Virus record (IMG/VR): IMGVR_UViG_3300029672_000003
Direction: 5' to 3' (one strand)
Length of the DNA: 62,525 nucleotides
Source of the DNA: a virus
A program made the translations under genes and the position numbers. Within the stretch, counting starts at the first letter, position 1. Each line of letters starts with the position of its first letter. The notes under the pieces are model-generated. The model saw only the letters and a program-made list of their open reading frames with translations. It searched no databases and was not told the DNA's origin. Positions 31,335 to 40,296 of the stretch are shown here, piece after piece.

Positions 31335-31543
31335 GTGTTACCTTTAGTGTTACCTTTGATTTTGACCTTTAGAAAAGACACCATTCAAAAACTCCTTTCT
31401 TTCAGTAAAATCAAGGCTTCACAAGGTTTTCTTAAGCAAAAATAAAGTAGCGGAAGGGAGATTCGAACTCGGTATCAATTCTCTCAAACCCGCATAAATA
31501 CTGAATTTCTTTATCTCCAAAGGTGTTACCTCGTGTTACCTTT
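31335..31543 (-). other. attP region: a 23-nt tRNA 3'-end core (31448-31470) flanked by four direct GTGTTACCT arm-type repeats
   Basis: Core on the minus strand is GAGTTCGAATCTCCCTTCCGCTA (T loop, 3' T stem, 3' acceptor strand). Repeats at 31335, 31347, 31523 and 31533, all in one orientation, directly next to int. Confidence 0.65.
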
Positions 31544-32745
31544 TACATTGATAATGCTTTTGCAATATATTCCTGCATTTCACTCTCTGTCTTGTTATTA
31601 AAATAGTAATGATCGAGAGTTGTTCTGATATCTGTATGCCCCATTTGTGTTTTTATTACCGATTCTGGAACATTTCCATCTATCAACTTTGTTGCATATG
31701 TCTTTCTTGCCTTGTGAATTGAACGTTCGCCAATTCCTATTCTATCACATATCACATATAGCCGCCTTGTAAATGCCTGACCTTTTATTCGTTTACCGTT
31801 TTTCATAAAAATATATTGCCCAAATGGATTGAGCATTTTTATTTTTCTCATAAGTTCTTTGGTATCTGCGGTAATTATAACATCTCTAAACCCGGCATCA
31901 CTTTTAGGAAAATTTTGAACATCAAATACATATTTGCCATTATCATCTCTATATCTTATTTCTGTCTTTGATATATGTATCTTATTTTCTCCGACATCAG
32001 ACCATGAGAGGGTAGATATTTCCCCAACTCTCAATCCTGTTTTAAATGCCAAAATAATGCCAAGTTCTATCAATGTAGGCTCATCTTCCATTACAAATCG
32101 TTCAATTAAAAGTTCCTCATCCTTAGAAAATACCAATTCGCAGTCTGACTTATAGTTCTTTTTAAATGACTTTTCCGAAATTTCCAAATCACCCATAAAA
32201 CTGGTTATGCTCAGGCTGGTATAATGTTTTTTCTTTGCATATTTGAAAATTCCGTTAATCAATATCCGCATATCAGAATAAGCTTTTTGCGTAAGTTCCA
32301 GTTTTGAAATAGCTGTTTTTATGAATGATTCCAATATTTCTTCATCAATGTACCGAATTTTTCTATTTGCAATCGGCAAATACTTATTTTCAAAAAATCT
32401 TTTAAAATTTGTCTCGTACTTGTCCTTTGTCTGTCTTGTTATTTCACCATATTCAAGTTTTTCAGAAATCCAATTAGAATATACCTGAATAACTGTAGGT
32501 TCATCCTCCTTAGCTTTATAGAACTTTACTATTTCATCTTCAATTGCTTTTTCAGATGTTCTCTTTACAAGTCTCTTTCCTCTCTTATTATCTTCATCTG
32601 GCAAATATGTGTAAAACTTTCCATCTTTTCCTTGCCAAATGCTGTAAGTGTGTTTTTCAATAAATTTTTTCCTTTCGTTCATTTCAATTTTTTTCTGAAT
32701 GGTGTCTATGTTGATAATACCATTTTCGATGGCAATATTCAACAA
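31543..32745 (-). CDS. int: Tyrosine integrase
   Basis: C-terminal HKARKTYATKL...MGHTDIRTTLDHYY catalytic motifs. N-terminal arm-binding-type domain. Confidence 0.9.
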   Translation of the reverse strand: MLNIAIENGIINIDTIQKKIEMNERKKFIEKHTYSIWQGKDGKFYTYLPDEDNKRGKRLVKRTSEKAIEDEIVKFYKAKEDEPTVIQVYSNWISEKLEYGEITRQTKDKYETNFKRFFENKYLPIANRKIRYIDEEILESFIKTAISKLELTQKAYSDMRILINGIFKYAKKKHYTSLSITSFMGDLEISEKSFKKNYKSDCELVFSKDEELLIERFVMEDEPTLIELGIILAFKTGLRVGEISTLSWSDVGENKIHISKTEIRYRDDNGKYVFDVQNFPKSDAGFRDVIITADTKELMRKIKMLNPFGQYIFMKNGKRIKGQAFTRRLYVICDRIGIGERSIHKARKTYATKLIDGNVPESVIKTQMGHTDIRTTLDHYYFNNKTESEMQEYIAKALSM

Positions 32746-32749
32746 CTCA

Positions 32750-32977
32750 CTATTTGAAAGATTTCCCGTTTAACTCACCTTCTAACTTTTTTACTTTCTG
32801 TTTAATATCAAAAATTCTTCTTTCCACTGTTCTTGTTGATACGCATAGTCTCATGGCTATTTCTTTTGAAATAAGTCCACGGGCAAGAAGAGAAAATATT
32901 TCCTCTTCCTGCTCCGTAAAATTGGCGTTTTCAATAATTACTTCAAGTTCTGGCTTAGTCAGTTTTGAAAACTTCAT
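32750..32977 (-). CDS. LuxR/sigma-70 region-4-type HTH protein
   Basis: FTEQEEEIFSLLARGLISKEIAMRLCVSTRTVERRIFDIKQKV. Confidence 0.65.
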   Translation of the reverse strand: MKFSKLTKPELEVIIENANFTEQEEEIFSLLARGLISKEIAMRLCVSTRTVERRIFDIKQKVKKLEGELNGKSFK

Positions 32978-32998
32978 AAGCCAATATCCTCCAATATT

Positions 32999-33277
32999 TT
33001 ATTTTTCTCCCTGCCAGATCTTCGGTGTCCCGTCTGCATTGAGCATAACTGTAAGACCACCGCCCTCTTTATAACCTCCACCAACAAACAAATACATCAC
33101 GCCAGTATCTTTGTCGGCATAAATAGAATATGTATCCGTAAATTCTACTCCTTCCATCGTATTATCCTGCTCTGCGTCAACATTCACACTCTCGCATCCG
33201 GCGATTAAGAGTGTTACCGTCAATATTGCTGCTATAAGTTTCTTTTTCATGGCTTGCTTTTCTCTCCTTAATATCAA
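32999..33277 (-). CDS. Small lipoprotein (DUF6440-like; probable start MKKKLI)
   Basis: Lipobox LLIAGC. DKDTGVMYLFVGGGYKEGGGLTVMLNADGTP. Confidence 0.55.
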   Translation of the reverse strand: MILRREKQAMKKKLIAAILTVTLLIAGCESVNVDAEQDNTMEGVEFTDTYSIYADKDTGVMYLFVGGGYKEGGGLTVMLNADGTPKIWQGEK

Positions 33278-33304
33278 TCTATCTCAATTTTTATCCCATC
33301 CGCT

Positions 33305-33607
33305 TTATAAACCAAATCTTCTATCGTACTTTTCGTCTTCGATAAGGTCAGTATCCGTATAATTATCAAGACATTTTTCGTATGTCGCTTTCTGGTTTGT
33401 GATTCCAGTGTATGTCTCATACGGATTCGGTAAATCATGCTTTTTACAGCATTCGCCGCATATCACAAAACTTCTCGTCTTCGCTTCAAATCCATACGGC
33501 GTATTATCGGTATGATACCGCGCAAAATTCTGAAACGGTGTCATCGATAATAATGTTGCAGTTCTATCACAATCTTTTCCACAAAAGTCACATATCGCAT
33601 GAATCAT
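33305..33607 (-). CDS. Cys-rich hypothetical protein
   Basis: CDFCGKDC...CGECC. Confidence 0.5.
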   Translation of the reverse strand: MIHAICDFCGKDCDRTATLLSMTPFQNFARYHTDNTPYGFEAKTRSFVICGECCKKHDLPNPYETYTGITNQKATYEKCLDNYTDTDLIEDEKYDRRFGL

Positions 33608-33638
33608 GTTAATTACCTCTCTTTCTTTACTAAATCTG

Positions 33639-33995
33639 CTAAAACAAACTCATTTGCCGCTCATCGTACTTATATTTTTGTTTCGTGGGTATCTTCCCTT
33701 GGAAAAATATTCTCTCAACCCTGTCTTTCTGTTTCAAATTTGCCATATACTGATTATTAACCTCAGGCGGCGCAGAAAGATAATATTCTTCCGGCAATGG
33801 GATCTGATTTTCTTCGCAGATTTTCCGTACCTGTTCCTGCGCATAAATAATATGGTTTCGTGTCAGGTTCATGTTGCAGCCATCTGACCAGAACGGATCA
33901 TTACATCCATTCTGGTTTATATATTTCCAGTGCTGTATCTCTTTTCGGATTTTTACACAATATTGTTTTACTTTCTGCTCCGGGCTATCTTTCAT
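33639..33995 (-). CDS. Hypothetical protein
   Basis: 118-aa ORF overlapping the MTase stop by 4 nt. Confidence 0.5.
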   Translation of the reverse strand: MKDSPEQKVKQYCVKIRKEIQHWKYINQNGCNDPFWSDGCNMNLTRNHIIYAQEQVRKICEENQIPLPEEYYLSAPPEVNNQYMANLKQKDRVERIFFQGKIPTKQKYKYDERQMSLF

Positions 33996-34840
33996 GGCAT
34001 CACCCCAGGTATATCTTTAAAACTGATCTGATTATCTGTTTCGAACACAAGCATTTTCTCTTTTGCTCCTGTATAAAAATTGCGGTCAATCTCAAATCCA
34101 TATGCATTTCTTCCAAGTTCCGCCGCCGCTCTTAATGTGCTACCGCTTCCACAACATGGATCAATTACCACATCACCGGGATCTGTAAATATCTCTATTA
34201 GCTTTTTTAAGACAGATACTGGCTTCTGTGCCGGGTGGATTTTTGGAATATCTTTACCATCTTTCTCCCAAGTAAACCAGTTAAAGATCATATGTCCAGT
34301 GCCTCGGATAGTCTTTCCGTTTTCATCGAATCTTGCTCCATTTCTAAAATTTGGCAACTTGTCCCTATATAAGATCAATGCATACTCCGTCGCTCCGACC
34401 ACTCTCATATTTGCCTTAAGCACCTGTGGACTGTAATTTTTTACAAATACAAGTGGTATGTAATTGTTGAAACCATGCTTCTTTGCCGCTGCAATTAGTG
34501 TCTGCATTTGTTCAAAGGCACAAAATACGATCATACACGGTGCGTCGGAGCTCCTTCCGCGGCTTCCTGATTTCTTCGGCTCTTTCTTGAGCATTTTGCT
34601 ACAAAAATGGAAATACTCATACAGATTAAAATTGAAATCCGAATTGAATGCCGCTTTACCCGCCAGTTTGCTCTCGCCATTCTTGTTATCGCCGCCGTTG
34701 TACCACATCGGATTACTGCCATAAAAGTTTTTTCCTACGTTGTACGGAACATCTGCAATAATTAATTGTGCACTCGGTATTCCGTATTTTTTATAATTCT
34801 GCATTGAATCTCTGTAAATTTCACATTTTGTTTTCTTCAT
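33992..34840 (-). CDS. DNA methyltransferase, N6A/N4C class (beta order), motif IV variant DVPY
   Basis: LIIADVPYN (motif IV) precedes VIDPCCGSGST (motif I). Confidence 0.8.
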   Translation of the reverse strand: MKKTKCEIYRDSMQNYKKYGIPSAQLIIADVPYNVGKNFYGSNPMWYNGGDNKNGESKLAGKAAFNSDFNFNLYEYFHFCSKMLKKEPKKSGSRGRSSDAPCMIVFCAFEQMQTLIAAAKKHGFNNYIPLVFVKNYSPQVLKANMRVVGATEYALILYRDKLPNFRNGARFDENGKTIRGTGHMIFNWFTWEKDGKDIPKIHPAQKPVSVLKKLIEIFTDPGDVVIDPCCGSGSTLRAAAELGRNAYGFEIDRNFYTGAKEKMLVFETDNQISFKDIPGVMP

Positions 34841-34912
34841 TTCTTCTGAAAGGAACCCGGCGCGCCTTTTATCCGGATAGGTCCCGGCTCCTTTCTTTAA
34901 ATTCCTTTTTCT

Positions 34913-35868
34913 TTAAATTCCTTTTTCTTTAAATCCAATCAAATCAGTTCCATCAAAATCCATGCGGTACTGACCGTTTATATTTCTATCTTCCATCCAC
35001 CAATCAAAAACGCCCTGCCCTGTTTTCCATCCAATTACGTCTTTGTTTCCGCATTGTTTCCGGTATTCCAGCATCCGGTCAAATGCCCTGATGTATGCGT
35101 CTTTGTATTTTGGATATTGTGCGAACTCTTTGTATCTGTTCTTTCCACTCATCGGGCACCCTATACAGCCAATCCGGCTGCATCCACCCGGACAACCACC
35201 GTTATACAACGGATTTATCTCTATTCCCTCATGTCGTATGTACCACCATAAGTAGTCATCGTCCCAGTTGATGATTGGATTTACCAGTGTCTTACTTGTA
35301 CGGTAACAGCTTTCAACCATTCTATGCGTTTCTGAATTTTCGTAATTTAGTACAACCACCCCCCCGCTACTGTTGATTGAAAATTTACATTGTCAACACT
35401 TTTCTTAATCTCTTTGTTTGGCTTTGTAAATGTCACAATGCCCTGATTCTCTGCCCTTTTTCTGCTCTCTGCTTTTCTTACACCAGTAATCACTTTCTTT
35501 CCTACACCGCTATGTTCTTTCAGTTCTTCACAGCAATACCTGAAAAGCCTTGTGGGTGGTGTCTTGTGTTTTACAATTAACCGCCACATTGATAATTTGG
35601 GGTATTCAATCAGCACTTCCGGCTTACTCCGTACATATCTGACCGTCTCCGGTGCATCTACCGTAGTTAAATTATGTACCGCAGTAAAAGGTACATCTGC
35701 TTTTTTTGCCAAATGCAATATTACATCTGAATCCTTGCCACCGCTGTACCCAAGCCGGTACGGCTCATTTCCTGCAAATGTCTGTAATATATCTATTGCC
35801 TGTTTTTCTAAATCCATATTTTCAAAGGAGCCGATGCGCATCTTCCCGGGAAGCCCCGCTCCTTTCAC
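34913..35868 (-). CDS. PAPS-reductase/PP-loop family protein split into two ORFs at a G7 tract
   Basis: ORF 35347-35868 carries the SGGKDS PP-loop. ORF 34913-35359 carries NPIINWDDDYLWWYI and a CPGGCSRIGCIGCP cluster. The frames differ by -1 at GCGGGGGGGTGG. Confidence 0.7.
35359..35365 (-). other. Homopolymeric G7 tract (C7 on plus strand) at the PAPS-reductase frame break
   Basis: Read directly: ccaccccccccgct. Confidence 0.9.
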
Positions 35869-36001
35869 ACATTTTTCAAATTTGCGTCATATCTTTTTCA
35901 CACAGCATCGCCATATTGATAACTGTCAAAAGGAAATGACCTTTTACATAGATTTTTCATAACTCTGCCAGTAGGATTCGTCTTACTGGCTTCTCCTTTT
36001 T

Positions 36002-36286
36002 CTATGGTTCTTTTAAAATTTCATCTAAGCAGGCATTCCAACCCACCCGACGTATTGATGTGCTGAGATCTTCATAACCAGATTTCAACTCTGGTATCTT
36101 CTCCGGCAACTCCCGGAGCGGACACCAATCATGCCGTTTCGCTGTGAATGTGTTCTGCGACAGTTTCGATGCCCCGCCGTACAGTACATTCATGAGCTGG
36201 CATTTCTTGATACCTTGAAACTCATACAGAAATTTACATTTACTGCATGATTCCGGCATATCCATAATCAATACTGCTTTAGCCAT
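36002..36286 (-). CDS. Hypothetical Cys-containing protein
   Basis: 94-aa ORF. CSKCKF... Confidence 0.5.
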   Translation of the reverse strand: MAKAVLIMDMPESCSKCKFLYEFQGIKKCQLMNVLYGGASKLSQNTFTAKRHDWCPLRELPEKIPELKSGYEDLSTSIRRVGWNACLDEILKEP

Positions 36287-36533
36287 CTACTCCACCGCCT
36301 TTCACGATTTCTACTGCATCTTTCAGCGTTATAATTTCATACGATTTAGTCCATCCAACCGGTCTTGACAATGTGCTTCTATCTTCCAACTGCTCCACAA
36401 CCTTGTCTACATCATAAGCCGTCGGATATTCTTCTAGTAAATACAATACTGCATTTGTATTTACTAAAGTTCCATTGCTTAAAGTAACCGATTTTAAATC
36501 TTTCTTTAGTGCATCCGCATCAATCAGTCTCAT
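36279..36533 (-). CDS. Hypothetical protein (MRLIDADAL... family)
   Basis: 84-aa ORF overlapping its neighbours. Confidence 0.5.
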   Translation of the reverse strand: MRLIDADALKKDLKSVTLSNGTLVNTNAVLYLLEEYPTAYDVDKVVEQLEDRSTLSRPVGWTKSYEIITLKDAVEIVKGGGVDG

Positions 36534-36801
36534 CGTTTGCCCTCCTGTTCCATCCCGCTATTGCTCTTTCCGCCAATTCTTTATCTGTTGTATGTTTATA
36601 ACAGCTCGCTAAGGCATCTTTTTCATCAACGACAATACCTCCAATACTTCTACCTCTTGCATGACATACATTGCACCTAACTGAATATGTATGTCTTTCA
36701 AGTCTTACTCCAAGCCCTGTGTGCCTGTCCAAAACAGATTTTTTGTCTATCTTTAGTTTTGTACTGCCACAAAACGGGCATGGTTTCAATTCTTCACTCA
36801 T
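36520..36801 (-). CDS. lar: Lar-family restriction alleviation protein
   Basis: LKPCPFCGST...VRCNVCHARG...AIAGWNRRAN. Confidence 0.65.
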   Translation of the reverse strand: MSEELKPCPFCGSTKLKIDKKSVLDRHTGLGVRLERHTYSVRCNVCHARGRSIGGIVVDEKDALASCYKHTTDKELAERAIAGWNRRANDETD

Positions 36802-37055
36802 TCTTCATTTTCCTTCCATTTCTCACATGTATCATCCAGTCCACGGAAATCTGCACAGTGTTCACTGTCTCCATTGCAACAAACGCCCTCATATTCAGCG
36901 TAGTATTTACATGTACTGCAATATTTTTTTGTTGTTGCTTCATTCTCCGTCATGACTCTATCTTTCATTTCTGCCAATTCCTCCTGACTGAATTTTGTGT
37001 AACTGATTCCACAATTTGTAAATCCTCCCGCTCTATACGCTATGGTTCTCGGCAT
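36798..37055 (-). CDS. Cys-rich hypothetical protein (start MPRTIA after GGAGGTG)
   Basis: CSTCKYYAEYEGVCCNGDSEHC. Confidence 0.5.
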   Translation of the reverse strand: MPRTIAYRAGGFTNCGISYTKFSQEELAEMKDRVMTENEATTKKYCSTCKYYAEYEGVCCNGDSEHCADFRGLDDTCEKWKENEE

Positions 37056-37056
37056 C

Positions 37057-37476
37057 TTACACCTCCAACAGTTCCGGATTGTCAAATCTGTTACCATTAA
37101 CTTCAATTGTGCTTCCATAGCATTCTTCAAAATCAGATTTGTGACCGTCTGCATCTTCAACATTCCAACACATATCCTCTTGCTTCCAGATAATCTCGTA
37201 AAAAGCTCTTTCGTCAGAATCCCATACTATATCATGTTCAAACACCAGCTTTTTGTTCTTATCGGGCATTGCGGTGCACTGGCAGACGGTGGCTGGGTCT
37301 ACCTCGACCATGTCCGGGATATCATTGGTCATTCCCCATAGGATATATCTTCTCTCCCAGATACCATATAAATATCCTTGTATCCATTCCCCATTATCAA
37401 TCCGCTTTCCACGGGATAAAAATCTATTCTCCATCGCGTTCCACCTTTTTTCCTTTACAAACTCCTCTGTGTTCAT
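37057..37476 (-). CDS. YopX-family protein
   Basis: FLSRGKRIDNGEWIQGYLYG...DKNKKLVFEHDIV... Confidence 0.6.
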   Translation of the reverse strand: MNTEEFVKEKRWNAMENRFLSRGKRIDNGEWIQGYLYGIWERRYILWGMTNDIPDMVEVDPATVCQCTAMPDKNKKLVFEHDIVWDSDERAFYEIIWKQEDMCWNVEDADGHKSDFEECYGSTIEVNGNRFDNPELLEV

Positions 37477-37577
37477 GCACGGAGAAAGAAATACTTCCGG
37501 TCTGCTTCATGTAAGTCAATTTTTCTCCGGTCAGCTCACATTTGTGTTTACGTTCGTTTAAATACTGACATCTTCCA

Positions 37578-37991
37578 TCACAATACATCGCTTTCCCTCT
37601 CCATTTCTTTCAGCTTGGCTTTGGCTTCCTCTCTGGTAAGGAATACTGTTATTCCAAGTTCTGTTTTCGAGAAGCCTGCAACATTTTTACAAATCCCTTC
37701 AAGCAGTGTCCAATTAAATTGAATAACGTTGCACGGGTAGATGGTGATTGATTCAATCACAAATTTTGATATTCTTTTTCTTTCTGCATTAATTTCCCAA
37801 ACGATATCTCCAACCTTGCACGGCAACCGCAGAAGTAATCCCAGCTCTTCGGCTTGCTCTCTATTTGCAAGTCTTTCTGCAATCTCTTCCAGGGCTTTGT
37901 ATCTTCCATCTTTCGCAAGTTGGGTAATGGTAATTCCCTCATCATCCGGTAAATCTGCTGGATGAAATAAAACTTCTCCATTCTCTGCCAC
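37578..37991 (-). CDS. Hypothetical protein
   Basis: 137-aa ORF. Confidence 0.5.
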   Translation of the reverse strand: MAENGEVLFHPADLPDDEGITITQLAKDGRYKALEEIAERLANREQAEELGLLLRLPCKVGDIVWEINAERKRISKFVIESITIYPCNVIQFNWTLLEGICKNVAGFSKTELGITVFLTREEAKAKLKEMERESDVL

Positions 37992-38010
37992 TTATGTTAA
38001 TCTCTCCATG

Positions 38011-38244
38011 CTATCCCTCGCTTTCTGCCCAGAGCCACTTCATTGCGCACTCTTCTGTTCTTTCACACTCTCCGCAATGATTCATAACGGTATTTCTTAT
38101 ACATTCTTCCGTAGGCTGACAGATAAAGTTGGAAGCTATTGGCAAAAACTCTGCCAATTCCTCGTCCGTCATGCTACGGATTCTGTCTGCATTGGTCTGT
38201 TTATTTGTCACTGTGTATCCATCAGGATGTATTCCATCTTTCAT
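38011..38244 (-). CDS. Hypothetical protein
   Basis: 77-aa ORF. Confidence 0.45.
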   Translation of the reverse strand: MKDGIHPDGYTVTNKQTNADRIRSMTDEELAEFLPIASNFICQPTEECIRNTVMNHCGECERTEECAMKWLWAESEG

Positions 38245-38245
38245 A

Positions 38246-38596
38246 TCATTCCTCGCTTTCTCGGTACGGCTCCGGTAGTGGCATCCAAGCTGTAATATTT
38301 ACGCTATCAGTATCATCTCCAATTACAAACCTTCCTCCCAAAAATTGTACAAAACAACAGCGGTTCCGGTATGTATCCCAACCGATTATACTATTAAGAG
38401 ATTCTTCTGGCAGTCTCTCCGTTACCGGAATCCACCCACCAGTCTTTTCTTCCTCTGCCAGAATCCTGTTTACCTCTTCCTCTGAAACCACTTTTGTTAG
38501 TGGAGAATACCCGCAGGCTTCTGTTGCTGCCTCAGATATCCGGTTTTTAATCCTGCTTATTTTCATTCTGATCCTCACTTTCCGGCAACATAGCAT
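38246..38596 (-). CDS. DUF551-like protein
   Basis: GGWIPVTERLPEE...ITAWMPLPEPY. Confidence 0.55.
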   Translation of the reverse strand: MLCCRKVRIRMKISRIKNRISEAATEACGYSPLTKVVSEEEVNRILAEEEKTGGWIPVTERLPEESLNSIIGWDTYRNRCCFVQFLGGRFVIGDDTDSVNITAWMPLPEPYRESEE

Positions 38597-38996
38597 ATTT
38601 ATAGCTACTCATTTTACCGTCGTATGTGCTCCATGACGTTGCGCCGTTCGCCCAAGTGTACACCATTCCGTTTTCATATTTTGCAAAATATCTCTTTTCC
38701 CATTCTGACTCAGCAGCATCTTTTCGATCTGTTACCAACACTGGTGTATCGACCGGAACTTTACTCCAATCAACCGGCGGTTCAATCGGTTCGACATATT
38801 CGCTGTTCGCCCATTTTCTCGTCTTTATTTCACAATCTCTTATTGTGCCGCCATTAAAATTACACTCGTTGCACTGTGTTTTTCTGCAATTTTCCAGCTT
38901 TCCATTAACGACGGCAATGTTCCCCCCATTGCACGCGATTTCAATAATCTCTTCCGCATATTTTTCTCTATTCAGCATCTTTCTTCTCCTTCCCAT
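38547..38996 (-). CDS. Hypothetical protein
   Basis: 149-aa ORF. Confidence 0.5.
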   Translation of the reverse strand: MGRRRKMLNREKYAEEIIEIACNGGNIAVVNGKLENCRKTQCNECNFNGGTIRDCEIKTRKWANSEYVEPIEPPVDWSKVPVDTPVLVTDRKDAAESEWEKRYFAKYENGMVYTWANGATSWSTYDGKMSSYKYAMLPESEDQNENKQD

Positions 38997-39135
38997 ACCG
39001 CAACTGATACGGTACTTCCTTAAAATTTTTCAATGCATCCGGGTTTTGATGTTTTGGTATTCTCGTCTGACGGTTTTCCATCTCTGCTATGATTCTGCGT
39101 CTCTCTTTGCTTTCTCTGTGTAATTTATACCTCCG

Positions 39136-39426
39136 TCATTTTCCAAGACTGTTTACAAGCTGTTCTGACCTCGTATAAGCCTTATCCAACAGTTCTAAAT
39201 ATTCATCAAAGGAAATCTGTGCTTTTTCAGATAACTCCCTCGGATAACGCTCTAACAAAGCCTTGACGCACTGTTTCATGTCTCCAAAATATCCGATTGT
39301 TCGAACGCTTTCTTTTTCATTGCCGTCCTTATCCTGTCCGGCATATCTCTGTCTCAAGGTGTAATTCAGAGGATCAATCTCCACAAAATATCCATCCTGC
39401 AGTTCCACAACTAACTTGTCCATCAA
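39136..39426 (-). CDS. Hypothetical protein
   Basis: 96-aa ORF. Confidence 0.5.
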   Translation of the reverse strand: MMDKLVVELQDGYFVEIDPLNYTLRQRYAGQDKDGNEKESVRTIGYFGDMKQCVKALLERYPRELSEKAQISFDEYLELLDKAYTRSEQLVNSLGK

Positions 39427-39435
39427 CCATACCTC

Positions 39436-40065
39436 CTATATTTCATATGTTCTCCCAACAAACCGCTTATCAATGTAATTACATTCATGCTCCAGTACAC
39501 TTGCAATTCCTGTCATGGTTTCATATCCGGTAGCAATGCAGTTAATCAGATACCTGATTCTCTCATAAACCTGTCTGATCTGATTTCCCGAAAATTTAAA
39601 CTGTGTTTTAAGGCAGACACCCAACATAGCAAAATAATTAAATACCTGTGCCAGTAAAAACTTATTTGCCTGTATCATGCAGTTCGGTGCAATCTTTCTC
39701 TCTACCAGATAAAAGCTCTCACGATACGGAATCTTATTGGTTTCTTCCCGCACATCAATACCGCATTTTGTTTTCATGAAATATCCAAGCTCTTCTGCTG
39801 ACATTCCATCCTTTTCGGAATCTCCTAAATACGTTTCAATCGTCTGTTCTACTCTGATAATTCTTTTCTGACCGAATCCAAACATATCATGAAGTGCCTG
39901 GTATGCCATCATGCGAACGTTATAATAAGATTCTGTAATCAAATAGTCCGCATTGTTCTGTGCCTTGGCATATTTCTGTATTCCAATCAGTTCACTTTTG
40001 GAATACCCAAGTGGCTGCATCCGCTTTTTCTTTCTCACTAATGCATTACTCATTTGCTTTTCCAT
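39436..40065 (-). CDS. Hypothetical protein
   Basis: 209-aa ORF. Confidence 0.55.
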   Translation of the reverse strand: MEKQMSNALVRKKKRMQPLGYSKSELIGIQKYAKAQNNADYLITESYYNVRMMAYQALHDMFGFGQKRIIRVEQTIETYLGDSEKDGMSAEELGYFMKTKCGIDVREETNKIPYRESFYLVERKIAPNCMIQANKFLLAQVFNYFAMLGVCLKTQFKFSGNQIRQVYERIRYLINCIATGYETMTGIASVLEHECNYIDKRFVGRTYEI

Positions 40066-40289
40066 CTCCTCTCAACATCTTCAAAATGACTAAATACAAG
40101 ACTTTGAACATATTTTGATATATTTGTCCGTGCATATTTTTTAATTAGCATTTCCCCTGCTTCCATCATTCCTTGGAACCACTCATCTTCGTTATCAGCT
40201 TCATAAAACTGCTGCCGGAATTTATAATAGTCATTAAAAAACTGCCATTCTTCGGAACCTTTTTCAAATTTCTTACTTGCCATAATCAT
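40050..40289 (-). CDS. Hypothetical protein
   Basis: 79-aa ORF. Confidence 0.5.
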   Translation of the reverse strand: MIMASKKFEKGSEEWQFFNDYYKFRQQFYEADNEDEWFQGMMEAGEMLIKKYARTNISKYVQSLVFSHFEDVERRWKSK

Positions 40290-40296
40290 TCACCTT

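Noticed and set aside
31448-31470. A complete tRNA gene next to the integrase
   Set aside because: Only the T loop, 3' T stem and 3' acceptor strand are present (23 nt). The 5' T stem and everything upstream do not match, which is consistent with an attP core and not a gene.
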